A stretch of 64,000 nt of DNA from NCBI GenBank assembly GCA_018396535.1, contig JAGTQC010000001.1:192001-256000 (forward strand). The letters are read 5' to 3'. The notes beneath the pieces were generated by a model, which saw only the letters and a list, made by a program, of their open reading frames with translations, was not told where the DNA came from and ran no database searches. The stretch's first letter is position 1. Every line of letters begins with the position of its first letter. The DNA is from Candidatus Bathyarchaeota archaeon (GTDB lineage Archaea; Thermoproteota; CALKCG01; B24; DRYS01). The position numbers and the translations under genes are program-made. Below, piece by piece: positions 19,590 through 27,808 of this stretch.

Positions 19590-19830
19590 AATCGATGTTA
19601 AACGATACGTGAATCCATCGATAACTACTCTATTATAGACTCTATACTATTGATAGGGTAAGTAGTAGATAATCTTTTTGCATGGAAGAGTATAGTCTTG
19701 GTAGGGTTTCGCTAAGCATGGATTAGAAAGATTTGGAGAATCTCTACGATACCATCTATAGTATAGGAGGTGGTTTCAATATAGGGTATTAGAAAAACCT
19801 CCTAACCATTATATAGCTACCTAGTATCCG

Positions 19831-21783
19831 CTAAGCTTCCCAGCTCCATTGCGATAGGTTTTTGATATGCGTTACCATACCCGGCGGCCCTATCTTAGCA
19901 TAAACCTCCTCAGCCCAGCTGTACTCCTTAGGCCTAGGTCCTAGGAATACTAGGTGTTTAGGCCATAGAGATCCAGCTATATACGGTAGATCCGTATACC
20001 TTAATACGTTTAGTATCTCTATCGATAAGCCGCTTCCATCAGGGTTTGATCGAGCTAGATGCGTCGAAGGGGGATCGTGTAGTATAACCGCTGATACATC
20101 ATCCCTAAGCAGAGCTGTGTATAAGGCTATTACAGCCATCTCTCCGCTACCCATAACAGCTATCCTACCCCTATCTATCCAATCGAATATAGATAGCAGA
20201 GCTTCTATAGATCTAATAGCATCGTATATCCTCATACTAGCTATAGTTCTACCTGTAAGCATAGCTGCTCTCCTAATAAACCATTGTAGATCTTGAGCCC
20301 AGGATGTCTCACCCACCCCTCTAACCTCTACGATAGCTCTAGCCCATAGAGGGTTTAACCCATCCAATAGCTTATCACCGAAGTATAGATTCCTAGAATT
20401 CATAGCTAGGAATACTAGAAGCGGTATAGATTCTCTAGATTCGATAGGTCTAACAACATGGATATGCATCCTCCAAGGCTCCTCAGATGTATACCCGATC
20501 CTATAGCCTATCCGCTGCCTATCCTCCTGTATAAGCTCGATCTCAACCTTTAGATCGCATGGATCCTTCGGGAAGGATCCGAAGGATTTCTCTAGTAGAA
20601 TATCTCTAAGCCTCTCCCTATACCTACGTAGATCATCTATATCCTCGATCCTAGGAGATTCGAATCCTCTGATAAACCATTCATAGACTGTGTAGACCCT
20701 CTCATCTCTTGGGAAACTCTTCTCGAATACCTTTAGACTACTGTAGGATTCCTGAATCTCTGATCTCTCATCTACATCCTCAACCTCATCCATAGGTATA
20801 TCTAATCCTTTAAGATGTTTAATAAACCATCTAAATATCATACGTCTAGATATCTCATGGTATGCGTGACCACCAGGTGTTTCTACGAGTAGTATATTAT
20901 CAGGTGATCCGAGTAGGGTATATAACTTCTTAAGCTTACTATAGATCAACCTAACAGATTCTATATCGAATATCCAATCCCTCCTACCTGAAGCTATTAG
21001 AAGCGGTCTAGGAGCTATCAAAGCTCCTATATCTGTTAGATCCCATCTATAGCTGTTTATCCAGAACATACAATCGCAATGACCTTCTAATGTACGTTTA
21101 ACTATATGAGATGCTATAGTAGCAGTACCGCAGACAGGTGCAGCCGCTTTAATCCTATCATCGATAGCTGATGTAAACCAGCTTATAGCTCCACCACCAG
21201 AGATACCTGTTACACCTATACGATACGGATCGATATAATCCTTCGATTGTAGTAGATCTACAGCTCTTATAGCATTCCATACCTCAACCCCGGCTGGGGT
21301 ATAGCCTAAGCTATACCAGTAGAAGAATCCGTAATGGTACACTCCATGATGTATACCCGGAATCTCACCCTTCTGTACAGTTTCCAGTAGCAGAGTTACG
21401 AATCCTAGCTGAGCGAATCTACGAGCATGAGCTTGGTAATGGTATAGTTGATCTAGAGAATGGCCACATAGGTATAGGATAGCTGGATATGGAGGATTAC
21501 ACCTCTTCGGTATATATAGGTTCCCAGCAACATATAGTTTAGGTAGGCTTTCGAAGTATATCTTCTCCACTCTATAATCTAAGCGATCTAGTATACCTGT
21601 AACCCTAGCATACGGTGGATCACGATCCACGTTATCTAGATATCTATCTAAGCCTAGCATCTCTGCGAAGATCCTACGCCTAGAATCCCTACTCTCTATC
21701 CACCAGTTTGCATATTTAAGATCTGATAGAGAATCCTCTGTTATCCTCTCAGCTTCCCTACATAGATACGCGAATATATTCAT
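19831..21783 (-). CDS. Two-domain alpha/beta hydrolase (acetyl xylan esterase/dienelactone hydrolase-like)
   Basis: LYLCGH, GISGGG nucleophile, HCDC, IAPRPLL, GGH; second degenerate alpha/beta domain. Confidence 0.82.
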   Translation of the reverse strand: MNIFAYLCREAERITEDSLSDLKYANWWIESRDSRRRIFAEMLGLDRYLDNVDRDPPYARVTGILDRLDYRVEKIYFESLPKLYVAGNLYIPKRCNPPYPAILYLCGHSLDQLYHYQAHARRFAQLGFVTLLLETVQKGEIPGIHHGVYHYGFFYWYSLGYTPAGVEVWNAIRAVDLLQSKDYIDPYRIGVTGISGGGAISWFTSAIDDRIKAAAPVCGTATIASHIVKRTLEGHCDCMFWINSYRWDLTDIGALIAPRPLLIASGRRDWIFDIESVRLIYSKLKKLYTLLGSPDNILLVETPGGHAYHEISRRMIFRWFIKHLKGLDIPMDEVEDVDERSEIQESYSSLKVFEKSFPRDERVYTVYEWFIRGFESPRIEDIDDLRRYRERLRDILLEKSFGSFPKDPCDLKVEIELIQEDRQRIGYRIGYTSEEPWRMHIHVVRPIESRESIPLLVFLAMNSRNLYFGDKLLDGLNPLWARAIVEVRGVGETSWAQDLQWFIRRAAMLTGRTIASMRIYDAIRSIEALLSIFDWIDRGRIAVMGSGEMAVIALYTALLRDDVSAVILHDPPSTHLARSNPDGSGLSIEILNVLRYTDLPYIAGSLWPKHLVFLGPRPKEYSWAEEVYAKIGPPGMVTHIKNLSQWSWEA

Positions 21784-21809
21784 ACCCTACCAACCTAGCT
21801 ATGGATATA

Positions 21810-23087
21810 TCAACGCTCATATCCTATAACAAGTATATCACTATTGAAATCCGTCATCTTAATGATAGCCTCATCCCCTTTAACCTCAACCCTAGGTTTA
21901 AATATCCTCCTACCTTCAAGTTCTATACCCTCCCATCTATAAGCTGCCCCATCTATCCTCAACCCTACGCTACAATTATACGGTGTATAGACTACTATCT
22001 TACCCCTACCTATCGAAACCCTTATTTCATCAGTCCTATTTACCAATCTATCGTTCGCAGGTTCTATATCGAATAGATCGTATCTTTCGAATACCCATCT
22101 AGCGAAGGCAGCGTCGAAGGCTCCTGGAAATTTCAACGCTACGATCCAATGATATGGCTGACCGTATACATCGCTATACCTATACACCCCACCCTTATAC
22201 CACAGCCATACACCATGTGCCCCGTATGCTATACCTGCTTTAGCCCCTGATAGAATGCTCTGCCATATAGCTCTCCTCACATCTATATAGGTAAACCTAC
22301 CATATCTATCGTACATCCTTATAGATCCTATACCCTCATAGCATGGCTCCCCGTTAACTATAGGCTTCTTTACAGGTATATTATAGAATCTCTGAGCAAG
22401 CTCGTAAGCTAGATGCTGCCTATCCCTTCTATGACCAGACTGATACATGTAGAAATCGTAGTTAGGCGATTTCAATATTCTATCAGGTATATCGTATAAA
22501 CCCCCGGATAGATGCATAGTTGTTAGAGAGTTTGGAGCCTCCCTCTTAACCACATCCATAGCCCTCGTATAATACTCTATAGATTCCTCTGTTTCGAAAT
22601 TCGTATCACCACTCACGATGAATATAGGATTATATTTACCAAACCTCTCAGCTATATAACATACGTAATCCTCGACCTTCTCCACCGGTATAATCCTACT
22701 CGGATCTATCCTAGAACCCCAGGTACCCCTAACATAGTTACACCATAAGACTACGAGAGCAGGTATGAAACCCATATCCACAGCTATCTCTATCATCTTC
22801 TCAGCTCTATCGAAGTATGCCTCATTCCTCTTATCGAAATCCCATCCCCCACCGGGTGTAGGCTGAAATGGATCCATATAGTTCTCAGAATAGCTTCTAT
22901 CCCATTGCGGTAGGATGTTGATCTGTATAGCATTGAAGCCTTGCATAAACCTATACTCTAGATAATACCTCCACTCATCGTAGCTCGGGTTTGTGAAAGC
23001 ACTCCAGCATGTATCTGCTAAGTAGAAGAATCTCTCTCCATCCGTAAGGAAGTAATCCCTAGTACTAGAGATGTATAGTCTAGGCAT
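21810..23087 (-). CDS. DUF4038 / GH140 apiosidase-like glycoside hydrolase
   Basis: FFYLADTCW, QGFNAIQ, SGD, YQSGH, NGEPCYEG, SGAKAGIAYGAHGVW. Confidence 0.85.
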   Translation of the reverse strand: MPRLYISSTRDYFLTDGERFFYLADTCWSAFTNPSYDEWRYYLEYRFMQGFNAIQINILPQWDRSYSENYMDPFQPTPGGGWDFDKRNEAYFDRAEKMIEIAVDMGFIPALVVLWCNYVRGTWGSRIDPSRIIPVEKVEDYVCYIAERFGKYNPIFIVSGDTNFETEESIEYYTRAMDVVKREAPNSLTTMHLSGGLYDIPDRILKSPNYDFYMYQSGHRRDRQHLAYELAQRFYNIPVKKPIVNGEPCYEGIGSIRMYDRYGRFTYIDVRRAIWQSILSGAKAGIAYGAHGVWLWYKGGVYRYSDVYGQPYHWIVALKFPGAFDAAFARWVFERYDLFDIEPANDRLVNRTDEIRVSIGRGKIVVYTPYNCSVGLRIDGAAYRWEGIELEGRRIFKPRVEVKGDEAIIKMTDFNSDILVIGYER

Positions 23088-23105
23088 AAACTCGATACCC
23101 CCATG

Positions 23106-24746
23106 CTAGGTATACCTATGAACCTTTATCATACGAATCTTAGGCTTATCTTCGAAGTATACCCATGATCCATGCCCTGTTTCATCACCGTTAAGCCTCC
23201 TATCCCTAACCCACTTCCCATCCCTAAATACACCTTCATCAACCCATAGAATCTCTACGTTAGATGAGAAACCATCTAGGGGGAGGAATCTTAGTAGGAA
23301 GTTAACACCTACAGCTATATATGTATCGTCATCGATAGCTATTATCAAACCTGCGGGTGGCGTTCTAGCTTCGTATGGGAGTCCAGGCCATACCATCCTA
23401 GCCTTCTCCACTAACTCCTTCGCGAAGCTTATCTGCAGCTGGTAGTCTCCAAGCCTATATATAAAACCTCTTACACGTACTCTAATCCTCCATATAGATA
23501 ATGTATGAGTATAACCGTAGGATCCATCATCTACGAACCCGATTATCCTACCAGTACCCTGATACCTAGCTATCAACGGTATCATACCTAAGAGTAACCT
23601 ATAGCTATCTGCTAAGGGGTGCTTCTCAGGCTCGGCTATATCATCTATACCGAATGGTGAAAAACCTATACCATTATACCGGCCTAGAGCATGGAATACA
23701 TACGATGCACTTCTCTCATCCCTCACAGTCTCGGGTATAAGTAGAGGATTATCGAGTCTAGCATACTCATCGCATACAGAGCTGAAATCCTCCCTATAGA
23801 TATCCGGTGCTATCAAATCTATATTTGGAGCTGCTACACGCCAAACCTCTAGCATACGTGATATAGGACCGCCGCTTGGGTAATCTCCAGGTCTACCATC
23901 CTCATACATGTAAGCGCTAGGTCCGAGCCATGCATTCACATACATAGGTATAGGATACTCAGATTTACCCGCCGCGGCTACGCTATCTACGTAGCGTGCG
24001 AAATACCAAGCCATGAAAACTTCGTCAGCACCTGAACCGAATACTTCCCTCCATACACCTGAAGTCCTTCCCCCCTCCCTCTTCCATATACATCTCAGGT
24101 ATGGGTTAAGCTTCTCTTCGTTAGCTCTAAGATACTCTATCAACTCCTCTGGTACAGGTTGGTTGAAGTATTCCTCAGCTAACGGATTATAGTCTCTAGA
24201 TGATCCTAGGATGCCTACCTCATTCTCTACCTGCACCATTATAACGGTATGTTTCCCACCATCAACCTCGCGTATATGTCTCATTAACGTTTTAAACGCA
24301 CGTGAATCAGCTTCTAGAGCATTCCTACTGAAGCATGTGATAGAATCTAAACCCCTACCCATAGAGTCTTGAGCACGTGGAAATCTTCTAAAATCGGTTT
24401 TCACCCATTCAGGGGTGTAAGATGAGATTGCGTTCTTCCATGTACCAAACCATAGGAAGATAACCTTTAAACCATACCTACGAGCCCTATCTATAAGCCC
24501 ATCTACAAGGTGGAAATCGAACCACCCCTCCTCAGGTTCTATAAGCTCCCATGTAACCGGTAGTAGAACTGTATTCAATCCGAGGGATACTAGACGGGGC
24601 CATACCGGCTCCATATACTCTAAGCTAGATGAGGATGAATTATGCACCTCTCCACCAAGGATTATAAACGGCTTCCCATCGACCATCAGCTGCTTTGCTC
24701 CATCAAATCTACGGAGGTGAGGTATACCTTCATCCAGATTCGTCAT
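23106..24746 (-). CDS. GH35-like beta-galactosidase with DUF5597 C-terminus
   Basis: GGEVHNSSSS, WELIEPEEG, LWFGTWKN, VQVENE, YPSGGP, APDIY, IPE, RRLNGDE. Confidence 0.9.
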   Translation of the reverse strand: MTNLDEGIPHLRRFDGAKQLMVDGKPFIILGGEVHNSSSSSLEYMEPVWPRLVSLGLNTVLLPVTWELIEPEEGWFDFHLVDGLIDRARRYGLKVIFLWFGTWKNAISSYTPEWVKTDFRRFPRAQDSMGRGLDSITCFSRNALEADSRAFKTLMRHIREVDGGKHTVIMVQVENEVGILGSSRDYNPLAEEYFNQPVPEELIEYLRANEEKLNPYLRCIWKREGGRTSGVWREVFGSGADEVFMAWYFARYVDSVAAAGKSEYPIPMYVNAWLGPSAYMYEDGRPGDYPSGGPISRMLEVWRVAAPNIDLIAPDIYREDFSSVCDEYARLDNPLLIPETVRDERSASYVFHALGRYNGIGFSPFGIDDIAEPEKHPLADSYRLLLGMIPLIARYQGTGRIIGFVDDGSYGYTHTLSIWRIRVRVRGFIYRLGDYQLQISFAKELVEKARMVWPGLPYEARTPPAGLIIAIDDDTYIAVGVNFLLRFLPLDGFSSNVEILWVDEGVFRDGKWVRDRRLNGDETGHGSWVYFEDKPKIRMIKVHRYT

Positions 24747-24905
24747 GGATCAACCTACCTGAAGCTTTCATTCGATAGTATACCGATATAAGAGTTATCA
24801 TGACCGCATAGAGATCTAAGCTTATAACATAGCATCAAGCTACCGCCATTACGATAAGCTATGAGATATAGGATTCAATCTACCGTAAATCCTGATCATA
24901 ATCTC

Positions 24906-24920
24906 GAAAAACTTAAATAT
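24906..24920 (+). promoter_or_regulatory. Archaeal BRE/TATA promoter for the riboswitch leader
   Basis: gaaaaacttaaatat lies about 25-30 nt upstream of the aptamer's first G. Confidence 0.65.
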
Positions 24921-24944
24921 AGGGGCTGCTAACCCTCTCCACTG

Positions 24945-25003
24945 GGCGATGGGGCCCGCCTTTAACCGCCTAGGCTACCGCTCCTAGGCTGATGGCTCCT
25001 ACT
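24945..25003 (+). ncRNA. Fluoride riboswitch (crcB motif)
   Basis: GGCGATGGGGCCCGCC-TTT-AACCGCC-(stem-loop)-GGCTGATGGCTCCTAC fits the consensus GGCGAUGRRGYYCGCC...AACYGC...GCUGAUGRCYYCUAC; P1 GGCG/CGCC; pseudoknot GGGGC/GCTCC. Confidence 0.93.
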
Positions 25004-25035
25004 CTCTATACACGGCGGTTAGAGGTGTAGTCTGT

Positions 25036-25908
25036 TTGAGGGTATTATCGATCTCGTTGGATCTGGCTAGAAGCTTTATCGATATAGATGCTATACTAGG
25101 CTATATACTCGAACGTCAGAATGATGATGGAGGCTATACATTCTGTAGAGGTACAGATTCTAGTGCTGAAGATACATTCTACGCTATAGAAACACTTAGG
25201 ATCTTAGGAGTTAAGCCTAGGAATATCGATAAGACTATAAGCTTCCTGAAGAATCTCCAGCATAGCGATGGAGGTTTCGATTCTATTAAGATAGCGTACT
25301 ATGTCGTTAAATCTCTATCTATCCTAGGCTCTAATCTACCGAGATCTACATATCGTTTAATAGATGAGGTTAAGGATATTATCTCCAGCTTGGGGGAGCT
25401 ATCTGAAGTATACGTCGAGATAACATCCGAGTTAGAGTATCTACACCTAGCTGTAGAGTTATCTAGTATGCTTGGGATAGGGGTTGATCGAGATAATCTT
25501 ATAGATGGTGTTTTAAAGTTTAAAAATAGCGATGGGAGTTTTGGTAGCGTTAAACTTTCTAGGATAGCATCTACATCGTATGCCCTAGATATCCTTAGGA
25601 TAGCAGGCTATAGGATTGATACTCTCGCAGATACTCTGTTATGGGTTAGAAGATGCGAATCACCCTATGGAGGGTTTGGGTATGAACCTGGAGCTAAGCC
25701 TATAAACCTAGAGGATACATACTTCGGGTTGAAAATCCTGGAAGCTTTAGGCGAGAAGCCTAGATACCCGATCGAAACTCTAAGATTCATAGCTAAGCTT
25801 CAGAATATTAACGGAGGGTTCCGTAGATCTATATTCCTAGGTATATCAGATCTAGAATCTACGTATAGAGCTGTATACTCGGCTGCGGTTACATTCCCAT
25901 ACCTCTAG
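25036..25908 (+). CDS. Prenyltransferase/squalene-oxidase repeat protein (COG1689-like), riboswitch-controlled
   Basis: Repeated QNDDGGY, QHSDGGF, KNSDGSF, ESPYGGF, QNINGGF with TF/YxAV motifs; SD GAGGTG 8 nt before the TTG. Confidence 0.85.
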   Translation: MRVLSISLDLARSFIDIDAILGYILERQNDDGGYTFCRGTDSSAEDTFYAIETLRILGVKPRNIDKTISFLKNLQHSDGGFDSIKIAYYVVKSLSILGSNLPRSTYRLIDEVKDIISSLGELSEVYVEITSELEYLHLAVELSSMLGIGVDRDNLIDGVLKFKNSDGSFGSVKLSRIASTSYALDILRIAGYRIDTLADTLLWVRRCESPYGGFGYEPGAKPINLEDTYFGLKILEALGEKPRYPIETLRFIAKLQNINGGFRRSIFLGISDLESTYRAVYSAAVTFPYL

Positions 25909-25923
25909 GTGGAGACTAGATAA

Positions 25924-26583
25924 TTGTCCCATCGTATAATACCGGATCCCGTTATGAAGGTTATAGTAAACGGTCTACTAGATTCATCTTGGGGTATGTT
26001 TCGTAGGAGTACGATAGTAAGGCTGACGGTCGATGGAGATCAGGTTAAGATAGGTATAGGTGAGGGGTGCATCCATGGATGGGAGGTTGATATTATTAGA
26101 TCAAACCCTTTGAAGAGTAGATGGATGGAGATAGATCCACCAGAGCTAACGATAGTTAAAGGTATAAAGTATATTCCTGAAAGGATGGGATCAGGTATGC
26201 CTAGAGGTTTACTACCTATCTACGATACATACGTATACATATTCGTCAGCAGCAGTAATCGGATGATCTACCCAGCTTATAGATGCTTCGATATAAACCT
26301 CGGTGAGAGAAGGGTTATATCGATTATAAGTCCTAAAACATTGATTAAAGATATCGTAGAGACGATACACCCAATCTTCCCAAAGGAGAGGTATAGGAGG
26401 CGGGTGAATAACGTAGAGGTATCTACTGAATCTCTTAAAGAATTCTTCGAAGAAGGCTACGGCGTCGGGGTTCTAAAAGAGAATCCTATTAAAGCTAAAG
26501 GTAAGGTAAATGCTTTAACCCTATTTGGATCATATGATGTAAGATATATAATCGAGAACGTGAAGCTTAGAAGATTGAGTTGA
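25924..26583 (+). CDS. Hypothetical soluble protein, probably the second gene of the riboswitch unit
   Basis: 219-aa ORF 15 bp after the previous stop, GGTGGAG SD-like element; no TM segment, no recognised family. Confidence 0.7.
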   Translation: MSHRIIPDPVMKVIVNGLLDSSWGMFRRSTIVRLTVDGDQVKIGIGEGCIHGWEVDIIRSNPLKSRWMEIDPPELTIVKGIKYIPERMGSGMPRGLLPIYDTYVYIFVSSSNRMIYPAYRCFDINLGERRVISIISPKTLIKDIVETIHPIFPKERYRRRVNNVEVSTESLKEFFEEGYGVGVLKENPIKAKGKVNALTLFGSYDVRYIIENVKLRRLS

Positions 26584-26596
26584 AGTTTTCGAGTAT

Positions 26597-27727
26597 CTAC
26601 CGATAAGCTCTTATAGGATAAACTCCTATCTTCTTCGCATATTCTACCTCACACCTAAGGTTTTCGGGAGGTATACCTGCATAGGTCTCTCCACCATTAT
26701 CGAATATATATCCTCCAACCGGAGCTGCCGTATATATGCATCTCTCAACCTCCTTCTTAATCGCTTCGATATCACCATTAACTAGAACCCTCCAGTTTGC
26801 ATTACCATTGAATACCACCCTACCTTTAAAAGCTTCAGCTAGTATACCGAGATCATTCTCTACACCTACATCTACGGAATCCACCTTATAGATATCGGTT
26901 ATTATATCTGTTATATGATCCATATGGGAGTCCATATGTAATCCTCTATGCCTTCTACCATACCTCTCATACAACCTTAGGTTGTATGGTAGAGTAAACT
27001 TCTCATACATCCTACGACTTAGATAACCTGAATGATCGTCTGAAAGACTTATAGAATCCATATCCCCACCGATCCTCTCATAACGATACCTCTGTAATAC
27101 GTTATACGTCTCCTCAAGTTTCCTTAGAAGTTTATGCATTTCATCAGGATACCTATACAGCCATGTATAGAGTCTCTGAGGGCCTAGTAGAGATCCAGCT
27201 GCCGATACTGGTGGATGAATCTGTAATCCACCCTTACCTACAGGTATATCACCATACTCACTCCTAACAAATCTTTCAAACTCCTCAAGCCTACTATAAT
27301 ATGCTTGAATACCTGGATGATCATAAGGATCAGGTACCTCGAGTTTATCGATATCCTCGAGATCCCTTACACATGGGATTATCCATGGACTCCTCCAAGG
27401 ATAACTCTCATCAGGCATAGCTATACTACAACCGAAAACAATACCTTCAGCTATCGAACCTATATCTAGATGAACACCTACACCAGCTACATCATCCTGA
27501 AGCCATTCGAACCGCCATTTCAAACCCATAATCTGAACATCAACCATAACTCTGAAACTAGAATAGTACTCCATCAAAGTATAGCCGAAAAGCCAAGCAT
27601 AATAGGGGCCGCCGACACCTATAACCACAGGAACTCTATCAGGCTCCTCAAACCTATAGACAGCTTCTATCCTCTCACGATTCCTCTCAGCAATCCTAGA
27701 ATACTTTGAGTAATCGAATACTACCAT
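26597..27727 (-). CDS. Uroporphyrinogen decarboxylase/MtaA-CmuA superfamily TIM-barrel protein
   Basis: EPDRVPV, LS...YEKF.LPY, LHMD, GN, GGYIF, IPPEN. Confidence 0.85.
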   Translation of the reverse strand: MVVFDYSKYSRIAERNRERIEAVYRFEEPDRVPVVIGVGGPYYAWLFGYTLMEYYSSFRVMVDVQIMGLKWRFEWLQDDVAGVGVHLDIGSIAEGIVFGCSIAMPDESYPWRSPWIIPCVRDLEDIDKLEVPDPYDHPGIQAYYSRLEEFERFVRSEYGDIPVGKGGLQIHPPVSAAGSLLGPQRLYTWLYRYPDEMHKLLRKLEETYNVLQRYRYERIGGDMDSISLSDDHSGYLSRRMYEKFTLPYNLRLYERYGRRHRGLHMDSHMDHITDIITDIYKVDSVDVGVENDLGILAEAFKGRVVFNGNANWRVLVNGDIEAIKKEVERCIYTAAPVGGYIFDNGGETYAGIPPENLRCEVEYAKKIGVYPIRAYR

Positions 27728-27808
27728 AAATCATCCCTCTAAAACCTGTAGAATAATCGTTTATATAAATCTTAATCAAACAAATAAAAATGAAGGTTAA
27801 GTTTTATG

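Noticed and set aside
19764-19804. Imperfect hairpin TAGGAGGT...ACCTCCTA downstream of the esterase gene
   Set aside because: Could be a terminator or processing stem, but it is a single imperfect copy with no U-tract; insufficient support
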